Of a DNA stretch of 64,000 nucleotides, positions 37,903 to 47,776 are shown one piece after another (position 1 is the stretch's first letter; every line of letters begins with the position of its first letter). The stretch is from Candidatus Dojkabacteria bacterium (GTDB lineage Bacteria; Patescibacteriota; Dojkabacteria; JAHIVN01). The stretch lies in the NCBI GenBank assembly GCA_016932045.1, contig JAFGDO010000002.1, positions 2,553 to 66,552 of the forward strand, written 5' to 3'. The notes beneath the pieces were generated by a model. It made no database searches and was not told the DNA's origin. It worked only from the letters and a program-made list of their open reading frames with translations. The translations under genes were made by a program, and so were the position numbers.

Positions 37903-38499
37903 TTAAGATATGGCACGGAAACCGACAGTGGATTGATTATTACTTGATTCTTCAATTCGTATCTCTCTAATTATTGAAGGATGAATTGATAAACGAATTC
38001 CGGGGATTGTCCCAATTAAGTTTATATCCAGGTATGCAATTCTTGTTTGCCCCATGTCTAAGAACTTTTGTCTAGCTCCAGAAAGAGTTGCAGCACGCGA
38101 AGCGGATGTATTTACTCCCAGATCATCTTCCGGTGTTCTATCCGGAGGAATTATAATTTCTATCTGTGATGGGAGTTGATCAGCAGTTAGCCCAGTTTCC
38201 AAGTATCTTGTGCTAGCCACTAATACTTCTCTAAGACGACGAGTAAATTCCCAAGGCTCATCATACACAAGTTCTGCATATTTATTTGGATGCTCAAGTT
38301 CAGGCATCTCCTCGCCATTGGTAATCAGACTAACTGTTAAAACAAGAACTTGACCAGGCTCTAGTTGTCTTTGTAATTCTATGATAGATTCAATAGTCCG
38401 TTGATCGTTTTCTTTTGCTGCTTGTAAGGTCGTGTCAGCAGAGGAAGTCAACTCAGTGAAAGTGGCTCGATACTGACCAATTCTAAATTGTTCTGTCAT
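37903..38499 (-). CDS. Hypothetical protein (198 aa), compositionally atypical (Q/T/E-rich, few Lys)
   Basis: Long ORF. No recognisable family. GC somewhat above the local background. Confidence 0.35.
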   Translation of the reverse strand: MTEQFRIGQYRATFTELTSSADTTLQAAKENDQRTIESIIELQRQLEPGQVLVLTVSLITNGEEMPELEHPNKYAELVYDEPWEFTRRLREVLVASTRYLETGLTADQLPSQIEIIIPPDRTPEDDLGVNTSASRAATLSGARQKFLDMGQTRIAYLDINLIGTIPGIRLSIHPSIIREIRIEESSNNQSTVGFRAIS

Positions 38500-38726
38500 A
38501 ATAAGTAGATTATATCACTTTTCTATCTCTATGAAGGAGTGAATTCTTAGAAGAAAGCTTCCTTTATATAGAATTCCCAAAAAGGATCATCTAGAGTTAC
38601 TATTACTGGTCCAGGAACTTGTAATTGCGGCGGCAAAACATTATTGCATCAATCCATGAACGCCTTGTTCGTGTTGCCCTGTCTCTCTCATATAGGCAGA
38701 AATAAAATGGAAATTAGGTTAAAATC

Positions 38727-39200
38727 TCAAGTTAAGGCCTTTCGATCCCTTAAAGATGGTTCAGAAACAGCTTCGTTTACTTCTCTCATTATTGCTTGTC
38801 TTTGTTCTACTGGCATTTTATGTTGGAATGTAGGGATAACCATTGCGATGAACATTAGATTTCCATTATCATTTGCAAGTATGATCCCAAATTTATAGGG
38901 AACGTTGTATTTATCGTAAACTGCTGAGTGCTCTTGCTCGTGTTGATATGCTTTTATAGCTCGCTCCTCACTAAATTCATGTTTATAAACGACATATATG
39001 ACTATTGGATCTGTAAAAGTGGAAAGACCAGGTATAGGATTAGGGATGGTTTCATGTCTATCATCAAATTCGGGTGAGCTTAATATGTCTAACCAACCTG
39101 AAACTGTTTGATAGTCACGAGCTTCACTCAGCGACTGTTGTTTTTCGCCTTGCCATTGAGCTAGTATAGCCTGCTCTGTTGTTTGATCTATTGTTTCCAT
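38727..39200 (-). CDS. Hypothetical protein (157 aa), compositionally atypical
   Basis: Long ORF co-directional with 37903..38499. No family recognised. Confidence 0.35.
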   Translation of the reverse strand: METIDQTTEQAILAQWQGEKQQSLSEARDYQTVSGWLDILSSPEFDDRHETIPNPIPGLSTFTDPIVIYVVYKHEFSEERAIKAYQHEQEHSAVYDKYNVPYKFGIILANDNGNLMFIAMVIPTFQHKMPVEQRQAIMREVNEAVSEPSLRDRKALT

Positions 39201-39299
39201 AGCTCTTTCTAGTAATTTAGGGTTAATTATAGCATATGAAATAGTTGCATCCAGAAATGTGTTTTAGTGAGTTATTGAGTAGTTTTAGTAGTTATTGTT

Positions 39300-39968
39300 T
39301 TGGCAATGCTAATTGGAGCAGGTTGTTTTGCAGTCTTTGTGCTTAGCCAAGATAAAGAGCAGGACAATTCTAGCGAAAGCCAGGTTGACACTCAGGATGA
39401 AGATAATGACCAAGACGATATTAAAGATGGTCAGGAGGATACTTCATCGGGTGATGAAGATGCTGATAAAGAGAATGAGGAAAATGTTTCAGAAATAGAT
39501 AACTATGAAGAATGGGCAACCTATGAAGCAGGAGGTCTCTCCTTTAGATATCCCAAGTCATGGGAAGTCGAAAGAAATGATTTTACAGGTGATAATTTTC
39601 AGGTAAGCTTTTCTGACTCTGAGGGGTATTCACTGAATCTTGTTTTTAATCCTCCAGCTGGTTCAGATTTTTGTATATATTCTGATAATTCGGAACAAAA
39701 AAGCGCTTTTCCCAATTATATCGAATACGACAACTTTATAGAATTTAAGAATGAGAAACATACGTTTAGAAGATCTTTGAGTATAGATAGAATGACTTAT
39801 GGTGTTTGTGAAAAGGTAGAGAATCAATACGAAGATTCTTTTAACAGTGCAGTCCTAGACTATGGGAATCAGCTCATTTGGGCAACTTATACATTGCCTA
39901 CAGTTAATGCGGATCAAGAGAAAGTTGATCTAATGGATCTTATACTTCTTTCTTCTACAAAGTTATAA
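39300..39968 (+). CDS. Exported protein with signal peptide and highly acidic low-complexity linker
   Basis: TTG start (alternative ATG at 39306). Hydrophobic N-terminus, then a D/E/Q-rich tract, then a globular C-terminal domain. Confidence 0.4.
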   Translation: MAMLIGAGCFAVFVLSQDKEQDNSSESQVDTQDEDNDQDDIKDGQEDTSSGDEDADKENEENVSEIDNYEEWATYEAGGLSFRYPKSWEVERNDFTGDNFQVSFSDSEGYSLNLVFNPPAGSDFCIYSDNSEQKSAFPNYIEYDNFIEFKNEKHTFRRSLSIDRMTYGVCEKVENQYEDSFNSAVLDYGNQLIWATYTLPTVNADQEKVDLMDLILLSSTKL

Positions 39969-39977
39969 GTGATTTGC

Positions 39978-40232
39978 TTACTTATCTGACTTATTGAGAA
40001 TTCTATCGGCTAAGAAAACTGCTCTGTGGATGAAAAGTCCTACTCCCCAGCCAATTGATCCGTAAAGCATAGGACCCCTATCCTTAAAACTGAAATCTAG
40101 TTTCCCATCATAGAAAACAGGAACGAAAAGAAGGATTAGGTTTACTACTGGAAAGATAGCTAGGTGTAAAAGGAATACCCTTAATGCCTTGCTTTTTCCT
40201 AATGCGTGTTTGGATGTTGTTTGATCGTTCAT
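39978..40232 (-). CDS. Small two-TM membrane protein (2TM-domain-like)
   Basis: 84-aa ORF with two hydrophobic helices and a basic C-terminus. Confidence 0.4.
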   Translation of the reverse strand: MNDQTTSKHALGKSKALRVFLLHLAIFPVVNLILLFVPVFYDGKLDFSFKDRGPMLYGSIGWGVGLFIHRAVFLADRILNKSDK

Positions 40233-40535
40233 TTATAAAGTAGAAAATAAATTAGATACTACCTATTAGGTAGTTGGGCAAATAAAGACATATTGGGGCT
40301 TTTAGTTGAAGAGTATGTCTTCCTATTACTAATTATTAAGAGAAACGAGCAATCTCGACGAGTGACTCATAGGGTAACAGATGAGTATATTTCCGTTTCA
40401 AGAATTTCTGCTATGATTAAAATGCTTAAAGGTAGTCTTACTATTTCGGTATACGAATAGAACCAGGAGATTTATTCGGGTATTTTACCTTCCTATCAAA
40501 TCTACTATGGGAATAAAAAAGTTATTTAGTAATAA

Positions 40536-40820
40536 CTAAGCATCCGAAAGAATAGCTTTGAGAAGCTTTTTTTCCTTAAGAGGACTAACCTCTACTCGAA
40601 TTGTTTTTCCATCAACTACTTTACCGTTAAGAATCCTCTTTGCATTTTCTATATCAGATTCATCACTCATGGTAATGAAAGCATTACCTAGTGATTCACC
40701 TGAAAGGTTCTTTATAATAGTAACATCTACAACTTTTCCAATACTGGAAAAAAGCGATCGAAGTTTCAATTCAGTAGTAGCCCATGAAAGGCTAGAAATA
40801 GCCAATTGACAATTGTCCAT
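40536..40820 (-). CDS. RNA-recognition-motif (RRM) RNA-binding protein
   Basis: RNP-2-like LSWATT and RNP-1-like GNAFITM blocks, ending GKTIRVE, consistent with an RRM fold. Confidence 0.55.
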   Translation of the reverse strand: MDNCQLAISSLSWATTELKLRSLFSSIGKVVDVTIIKNLSGESLGNAFITMSDESDIENAKRILNGKVVDGKTIRVEVSPLKEKKLLKAILSDA

Positions 40821-41457
40821 TTAACTAAATATAAAAATAAATAAATCAGAAGAATTAGAAAACTCTTGAAAATACCTTTTGGGGAATAACAAAGAGGTCG
40901 AAATTCATCTAACAAATATATTATAGCACATAACTTGGGAGATTACTAATTATGTCTTATCACAGGAAAGACTAGATATCTGTCTGAGATATAAGTTCCA
41001 GAAAACCCCCGTCTAGAAGTAACTCTGTAATTACAGTAACGGTGATACCTTTCTTTGCTGACTTGTAATCAACATATTCTTCACCCTTTGAAAAGCATGT
41101 GCCTTTGGTGGTATCAACTGCTTCACAGAAACTAAGTTTATTTTCCTTATCCTTAGTTAATACAAAGCTTTTAATTACTTTGTAGATATATTTTGTAATG
41201 ATTGTGATGAAAAAAAATAATTTATTGATAGAATAAGCTAATTTTTTTGATATAGCTTATAACAGCACATGATTGTATTATAGCATAAATACAAAAAGAA
41301 TATCGTACTAAAGATGAGTTCAAGAGACTAAAAATCAACATATTAGTTTTATATATGAATATGTGATACAATATCCTGTTCTTCGGAAGTGAACTAAGTA
41401 ATCTTCAAAACATTATTTAAGTAATTTCCCAATTTTAATTTTTATTTTCACAATACT

Positions 41458-41664
41458 ATGGCAACTGGAACAGTAAAGAATGTTACAGGCAAAGGATTCG
41501 GCTTCATCAGCCAAGAAGACTCAGATAAGGACATTTTCTACCATGAGAATTCCTTAGAAGGAGAATTAGCAGAAAGAAAACTGCAGGTTGGTGATAAGGT
41601 TACGTTTGATATTGAAGAAACCGAAAAAGGACCCAATGCTATAAACATCAAACTCGTAGAGTAA
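41458..41664 (+). CDS. cspA: Cold-shock protein (CspA family)
   Basis: GTVKNVTGKGFGFI (RNP1) and FYHENS; 68 aa. Preceded by a long AT-rich leader. Confidence 0.85.
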   Translation: MATGTVKNVTGKGFGFISQEDSDKDIFYHENSLEGELAERKLQVGDKVTFDIEETEKGPNAINIKLVE

Positions 41665-41936
41665 CTATTTGCTACTGGGTTGACTGTTTAAAGAGGCGGG
41701 TAGTAAGGTTTAGTGATTCTTTTTTGTCTTTTCGAAAGATGTTACTTCAAATAGGCAAATTCAAGAACATTGGAGCTTTCACTATTACTGTCTATAAAGA
41801 GTAGGAGGAGATAGATTTAGAAGCTATCCTTCCTACTTGTGGTCATTAACATTTAGTACGCAAGAGCGAAATCTATTTGTTAATGTGTTTCTTAACGGTG
41901 GTCGTTTAATTTAATCTAATTTAAGTAACAAAAATT

Positions 41937-42620
41937 ATGAGAAATTATAATAGAGATAGTAGATCTGGCAGCGGAAGATACTCTCAAGATAGAAAGCCTT
42001 CAATGTACAAAGCCATATGCGCCGAATGTGGGAGGAGTTGTGAGGTACCTTTTAAACCAAGAGGTGATAAGCCTGTTTACTGTAGTGAATGTTTCGAACA
42101 TCAATCAGGCGGCAGGTCAGAAAGATCAAGGGGAGGGGATTCAAGAAGACGAGATTACAAAGAGAAGAGAATGTATACTGCAACATGTGATGAATGCGGG
42201 ATTGAATGCAGAGTCCCGTTTAGGCCTACAGGGGGGAAACCGGTTTATTGTGATGCTTGTTTTAAAGGTGACAGTGGTACTAGTAAAAAGATCAGTGGTT
42301 TAGGTGATAGCAGCGGATTGCAGAAACAAATTGAAATTCTTAATTCTAAACTTGAAGTTATTATCCATTTGTTAGAGTCTTCTAGCGTAAGTAAGAAAAA
42401 CAACAGAGAAGAGGCAACTCAAGATGTAAAGAAACAAGAAGTGACGAAGAAACCTAGTAAAAGTGCTGTGAAGAAGAGTAAAACGAGAAAACCAGCCAAA
42501 GGCGGGTCTGCTTCTAGTGTAGGTACAAGTTCAAAGGTTAAAGGTAAAAAGACTACTAGAAGAAAAGCAGCTACGAAAAAAACTACAAAAAAGAAAGCAG
42601 TGAGCAAGAAGAAAAAATAG
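41937..42620 (+). CDS. Tandem CxxC-CxxC zinc-ribbon protein with Lys-rich histone-H1-like C-terminal tail
   Basis: Two repeats of C-x2-C-x3-C-x-VPF+P-x-G-x-KPVYC-x2-CF, then the tail KKTTRRKAATKKTTKKKAVSKKKK. Confidence 0.55.
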   Translation: MRNYNRDSRSGSGRYSQDRKPSMYKAICAECGRSCEVPFKPRGDKPVYCSECFEHQSGGRSERSRGGDSRRRDYKEKRMYTATCDECGIECRVPFRPTGGKPVYCDACFKGDSGTSKKISGLGDSSGLQKQIEILNSKLEVIIHLLESSSVSKKNNREEATQDVKKQEVTKKPSKSAVKKSKTRKPAKGGSASSVGTSSKVKGKKTTRRKAATKKTTKKKAVSKKKK

Positions 42621-42759
42621 ATAGCGGATATTATGAACAAGTGGAGTAGGGTACAAATGCTGGAATTGTCGGATGTTAAAAATGTGGCCAGTTGGAGTGA
42701 ACTGCAGAGTTTTTAAACAGGTAAAGTTTTATAATAGTAGTTTTGGGGACTTCCTAACC

Positions 42760-44634
42760 TCACAGTCCAAGTTGTCTTCTTGCATAATCACTTAATACCT
42801 TCCTTCTTGCCCATTTTCTTTGAGTATGAGAAAGGTATACTTTACGCAGTCTTAAAAAATGTGGAGTAACCTCCAACATCTCCTCATTTTCCAAAAAAGA
42901 AAATGCAAAATCTATCGTTATGGGGATTAGAGGTCTAAGAATAGACTGGGTGATTTCATCATGTCGTATTCTGTGAGCAGATTTATGCCTTTCCCTTGTC
43001 ACATCGACCTCCAAATCTTGTTCATATTTATGAATACCTATAATCATACCTTCATATACTAAAGTCTTGGGACCGGTAAATAAATCTCCTCTTTCTTGTA
43101 TAGAATTCAAAGAATAACCCAAGGCCGTACCACTTGTAGCAGAGATTAATACTCCATTCCTTTTTTTTACTTTCTTCCCTGAGTAGGGAACATACTTTAA
43201 AAAAGAACTTTGCATAACAGCCGAACCCTTGGTATCCCTCATCAATTTACTCCTAAGTCCCAAAATATCACGGGTTAATATTTTATAAGTAAATTTAGCT
43301 ATTCCATTTTCTGTTTCTAGGTTTTCTAGTTTGGCATTTCGTGAACTTAGTTGTGTCGTGATTGTACCAATATAATTATCCCCGACAGTAATCACTAACT
43401 CTTCAAGAGGTTCCATTCTTGTATTTTTCTCTATCTTATATACAACTTCCGGTTTCCTAATTTGAAACTCGTAGCCTTCTCTCCTCAAAGTTTCAATCAA
43501 AATTCCAAGCTGTAATTCTCCTCTTCCTGCGATATCAAATCCGCCCTTATCGTTTTTTTCTATCTTCAACGCAATGTTTACTTCTTTCTCTTCTAGAAGT
43601 CTTCGCTCTATTTGCTTCATTGTTACACATTTGCCGTCTTGCCCGACCAAAGGGGAAGTGTTTTCCTCTAGTGTAATCTTCATTGAGGGGGGAGTAATCT
43701 GAATATCTGATATTGGAGAAAGGTTACTTGGATCACACAAGGTCCAGCTGATATCTGCTGAGTCAATACCGGAAACAGCAGCTATTTCCCCGGCCTGAAC
43801 ACATTCTACATTAACCATATTCAAACCCTCTCTAACTCGTAGACATTTTACCGTTCCTGATTTTTTAGAATTACTGTCAGGAGAAACTAATTGAACAGAA
43901 TCTCCTATATTGATTGTGCCTTGTTTTACAGTGCCAACTATAAACCTTCCAAAATGCTCGTCATAATCAAGAGAACTTACCTGCATTTGAAACGGCTTAT
44001 CTGGATCACCATCCGGGACTGGGATTGAATTAATGATTTCATCCAGTAAGATTGTTATATCACCTTTTGTTTCTGAAACATTTGGGGGCAAATCCTTAAA
44101 CACCTTCCCCTCACGCCCAATTGCATAAAGGATCGGGAAATTTAATTGATCTTCGTCTTTTGCTATGGATAGAAAAAGATCGTTTATTTTGTCAAGTGTC
44201 TTCTTTGGATTTGCCAGTTTTTTATCGATCTTATTGATAACCACTATTATTTTTAAATTCATCTCAAAAGCTTTTCTTAATACAAACTTTGTCTGCACCA
44301 TAGGTCCTTCTTGTGCATCAACGATCAGTAAGCAGCCGTTAACCATATTTAGAATTCTCTCGACTTCTCCTCCGAAATCAGCATGACCAGGAGTATCAAT
44401 TATATTGATCTTATAGCCGTTGTATCTCACCGATGTGTTTTTCGCTTTAATTGTGATGCCTTTTTCTCTTTCCAGTTCAAATGAATCAAGTATCTGGCTT
44501 TTAGCCATTTCAATTTGATTTTCTCTAAAAACATGTGTTTGCTTTAAAAAAGCATCAATCAAAGTGGTTTTACCATGATCAACATGGGCAATAACAGCAA
44601 TATTCCTAATTTTGTCTTGTGTGACAATATCCAA
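42760..44634 (-). CDS. typA: Translational GTPase TypA/BipA
   Basis: G1 AHVDHGKTTL, G3 DTPGHADFGGEVER and NKID. 624 aa with an EF-G-like domain layout. Confidence 0.85.
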   Translation of the reverse strand: MDIVTQDKIRNIAVIAHVDHGKTTLIDAFLKQTHVFRENQIEMAKSQILDSFELEREKGITIKAKNTSVRYNGYKINIIDTPGHADFGGEVERILNMVNGCLLIVDAQEGPMVQTKFVLRKAFEMNLKIIVVINKIDKKLANPKKTLDKINDLFLSIAKDEDQLNFPILYAIGREGKVFKDLPPNVSETKGDITILLDEIINSIPVPDGDPDKPFQMQVSSLDYDEHFGRFIVGTVKQGTINIGDSVQLVSPDSNSKKSGTVKCLRVREGLNMVNVECVQAGEIAAVSGIDSADISWTLCDPSNLSPISDIQITPPSMKITLEENTSPLVGQDGKCVTMKQIERRLLEEKEVNIALKIEKNDKGGFDIAGRGELQLGILIETLRREGYEFQIRKPEVVYKIEKNTRMEPLEELVITVGDNYIGTITTQLSSRNAKLENLETENGIAKFTYKILTRDILGLRSKLMRDTKGSAVMQSSFLKYVPYSGKKVKKRNGVLISATSGTALGYSLNSIQERGDLFTGPKTLVYEGMIIGIHKYEQDLEVDVTRERHKSAHRIRHDEITQSILRPLIPITIDFAFSFLENEEMLEVTPHFLRLRKVYLSHTQRKWARRKVLSDYARRQLGL

Positions 44635-44804
44635 TGATAGATTTTCTAAATTAAAAAACCCAAAAAGGGGGAAATAAAAAAGTCTTGATGATTATACTGA
44701 TATTCCGGGCAATTATCAATATTAGTGGAATTATAGCTGATCCTAAATGGCAGTGCGAATATGCTCCCGAGTAGACCTAATTCCAACTTATGAATTCTTC
44801 TTAT

Positions 44805-45932
44805 TTAGCAATATCCTCTGCTTCCATAATTCACCTTTGTATAAATTGCAGTATACATCTTGTTTGCATCTGCCTTAGTTAAGGTCTTTGAGAGATGCCT
44901 TAGTGTTATTCTAACTAAAACATTCTTCTGATCATCACTGCAACCCAACCTATCTTTAGCAACCTTTGGTAAATCTCTATACTCTATCTCATCCAGCACT
45001 TTTACACTTTCAAGGATATCTTCTTGTTTACCGAGGGCATTTCTTATGTCATCATTTATATCCTCTTCTACGTAACCTCTTGGTACACAGTAAGACATAT
45101 CGCGGCTGATAGAAGGCTGATCAGAGACTTCCCTGTACTTTTCTAGATTCTGCATTTGCTCGGCAATACGAGTATTATCCGACCTTATATAACGGATATC
45201 ATCCATGTCCTTCTTTGTCATTACCAATCTATCAAGACCCATTCCCATTGCCCAACCTGAGTATATATCAGGATCAAGTCCTGCGTTATTTAATATCTCA
45301 TCATTTATCAATCCTGATTCAAGAATTTCAATGTCCCGGTCATCTTTTACTACATTAACTTCAACTCCCTTTCTCGTATATGGATGGGGCATATCTACAA
45401 TTCGTTCTTTCCAGCCGGGAGCCGCAAGTGTGATGATACCTCGAATAACCTTCATCAAATCGTCTTGGGATATATGTGTCTTGCCTCCTTTTACAACTCG
45501 CCATACATCAAGCTGATGACAAACGCCAAGGTGAATCTTATCTGTAATATCTCTTCTGTAGACAAGTCCAGGTAGCATAATAACAACATCTTTCCATTCA
45601 GGATCTTTTGAAAGTTTCTTGAGAATATCCAGCATCTTTGCTGATGTATGAGTTCTAAGCATTCTTTTCTTATCCACATAATGGGTATAGGTTGAGGACC
45701 TGCTAGTGTTGTCTTTTGGAATCAATAGCTTGTCATAGTTATCTTCGATGTTTACAATCGGATTCAGCCGGTAAACTAGGACTTCGCTATCTGGATGATG
45801 CTTTTTCATGTACTCCCTGATTTCAAGATACAACAGCTTAATTGCATGATCCTTTTTGCATTTTGTTAGATCTTTAATTTCTAGATACTTCTTCAGTTCT
45901 GCCTTTTTTATTGGTTTGATATGAATATTCAT
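44805..45932 (-). CDS. Monomeric phenylalanyl-tRNA-synthetase-like protein: PheS-type class II catalytic core fused to a C-terminal FDX-ACB anticodon-binding domain
   Basis: Motif 2 YRRDITDKIHLGVCHQLDV (PheS pattern [FY]RRDxxDxTHxxxFHQxEG). Motif 3 GWAMGMGLDRLVM. C-terminal YREVSDQPSISRDMSYCVP...VLDEIEYRD...KNVLVRITLRHLSKTLTKADAN follows the FDX-ACB pattern. Confidence 0.65.
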   Translation of the reverse strand: MNIHIKPIKKAELKKYLEIKDLTKCKKDHAIKLLYLEIREYMKKHHPDSEVLVYRLNPIVNIEDNYDKLLIPKDNTSRSSTYTHYVDKKRMLRTHTSAKMLDILKKLSKDPEWKDVVIMLPGLVYRRDITDKIHLGVCHQLDVWRVVKGGKTHISQDDLMKVIRGIITLAAPGWKERIVDMPHPYTRKGVEVNVVKDDRDIEILESGLINDEILNNAGLDPDIYSGWAMGMGLDRLVMTKKDMDDIRYIRSDNTRIAEQMQNLEKYREVSDQPSISRDMSYCVPRGYVEEDINDDIRNALGKQEDILESVKVLDEIEYRDLPKVAKDRLGCSDDQKNVLVRITLRHLSKTLTKADANKMYTAIYTKVNYGSRGYC

Positions 45933-46264
45933 AGTAGTAAATAGTTAAAAGTAATATGAAATGAATGAAAATGTGTAGTAATAATTTGTGTGAAATGAGT
46001 ATTATCGCCGGTTAAACGGCGAAGAAGTTGGAAAAAGACTGAGAAGAATCAACAGACGTAGCAATAATTACCTCTTTCTTATGAAGCTTTTGAACAAGTA
46101 TTTCTATCTGTTTACTTCTTTTCATAACAAAGAGATTATACCTTAGAATAGATGGTAAATTCAATAAATTCTATATAGTTGTTGGGAGGAAATAATACTC
46201 AAGGATCTTAGTATAAATGAAATCCTTATTACTTCCTATGTATATGTGTGTTTAAAGTAGTATT

Positions 46265-46297
46265 ACAAAAGAAGGTCTTTCCCAGGAAAGACCTTCT
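46265..46297 (-). terminator. Rho-independent terminator downstream of the repeat-protein gene
   Basis: Minus-sense GAAGGUCUUUCC-CUG-GGAAAGACCUUC (12-bp perfect stem) followed by UUUUGU. Confidence 0.55.
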
Positions 46298-46317
46298 CAT
46301 AATCAATACAAGGAAAT

Positions 46318-46878
46318 TTACTTTGAGCCTTTTATCGCGGTTTCAATCACATCTTTTGGTAATGCGGCTGCTGTGAGTAATGCATTTCTTACAGCTTTTC
46401 CAGCTTCTTCACCAACACCATCAGCTGCTTTGATGACTCCGCTAACAGCAGCACCTGCAGCATCTGAGGTACTTACGCCTACATCTTTTGCTCCATCAAT
46501 TGCCCCTTGCACTATTTCAACTGCCATTTCTTCAAGATTGGATCCGATCTTAGCACCACTTGATAGTGCACTTTCGGCAGCACTTGTAATTGCATTCATA
46601 ACATCACCACCCGCATCAGAGACACCTTTTATAACGCTAGATAATGTACCCTTCACAGCATCTACAATTGATACTCCAACCTGGCTTGCTCCTTCTATTG
46701 CACCTTTTGTAACATTCACAACTGCATCCATTGCGCCTTGTGCAGTAGCACCGACATCTGAAAGAGCTCCGGTCAATTGATTTTTAACAGCATCACGAAT
46801 AGCTGTTAGTACATCATCTGCTCCTTTAATTGCAGCTACAACCGCATCCTTTGTCTCGGTTATTAGTGTATCGAACAT
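46318..46878 (-). CDS. Hendecad (11-residue) repeat protein, Ala/Val/Gly-rich, about 16 tandem 11-mers (LEA/apolipoprotein-like periodicity)
   Basis: Units such as TKDAVVAAIKG, ADDVLTAIRDA, VVNVTKGAIEG, VKGTLSSVIKG and AVEIVQGAIDG have conserved positions 1, 4/5, 8 and 11. No signal peptide. Confidence 0.5.
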   Translation of the reverse strand: MFDTLITETKDAVVAAIKGADDVLTAIRDAVKNQLTGALSDVGATAQGAMDAVVNVTKGAIEGASQVGVSIVDAVKGTLSSVIKGVSDAGGDVMNAITSAAESALSSGAKIGSNLEEMAVEIVQGAIDGAKDVGVSTSDAAGAAVSGVIKAADGVGEEAGKAVRNALLTAAALPKDVIETAIKGSK

Positions 46879-47194
46879 ATATAAAAATTAAAAAGTAAAA
46901 TAAATTAATTCATGGTAGCTTATTTTTTTATGTAGTACAAGTATATAAGGATTAGGTCGCATTAACATTGAATACTTTTTTTGTATGGGGGTTTCAACCT
47001 CAAGTGAGTTCTGAGCTTGGTGAGGGATGAATACTTGTGGGCAGTTATTGGACTCGTTCGCCTGCCTTGTCGTAGCTTCGCGAAGACAGGCAAAACTTCA
47101 GTTAGTCAAATATTTACTAGAGGGTAAGGTACTGTCAAAGACTTTTTATTCGTCCTATCAAGTAGATAATATGCAATGCTTTGAATATAGATTA

Positions 47195-47599
47195 CTAGTG
47201 AACCTGATACTTCTTTGATATTCTGAGGATAAAAATATCAATCCCAACTCCAAATAAAGTTCCTAAAAAGTACATAGGATAATCAAGGATATCAAAAGTA
47301 CTTCCCAATATTGGAACACCAAAATATTGAAGAGTTTCAACAATGAAACCAATCAGAAAAACTCCAATAGCGAAAGTAATTTTTAATTGTTTCTTGTATT
47401 TTACGAAAGATTGAGGAAGTGAATAAAGATTGAATGTAAGTAATAGAAATAGGTAACAAGGAAGCAAAATATCTACAAGAAATGAATTTATGAAAATAGA
47501 ATTTGGGGCAAAGTATGAGGGTCCTAATATGTGGAGAGCGAGTAAAACAAGAAGCATAAGAACAATTATAACTATCCTTATTGTTTTTTCCTTTTTCAT
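47195..47599 (-). CDS. Small polytopic membrane protein (134 aa)
   Basis: Four hydrophobic helices. No family assigned. Confidence 0.4.
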   Translation of the reverse strand: MKKEKTIRIVIIVLMLLVLLALHILGPSYFAPNSIFINSFLVDILLPCYLFLLLTFNLYSLPQSFVKYKKQLKITFAIGVFLIGFIVETLQYFGVPILGSTFDILDYPMYFLGTLFGVGIDIFILRISKKYQVH

Positions 47600-47776
47600 T
47601 TTTTCTACCTGTTTATAACCGTTAAGCTCTATCTCTAGGGGTTAATTTGAAATTGTAACACAGAAAAGCCTTGGGACAAAATGATTTTTAGTCCCTTTTT
47701 GACAAAATCTCAAGCCCTTGGGTCAGTGGGATGAGATTTAGAACCAATACGGTTTTTAAAAGAAATAATAAGGAGA

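Noticed and set aside
41000-41259. Protein-like open frame on the minus strand (…KSFVLTKDKENKLSFCEAVDTTKGTCFSKGEEYVDYKSAKKGITVTVITELLLDGGFLELISQTDI*) in the RRM-cspA intergenic region
   Set aside because: The frame contains no ATG, GTG or TTG start before the upstream in-frame stop at 41257-41259. It could be a decayed gene fragment, but it is not callable as a CDS.
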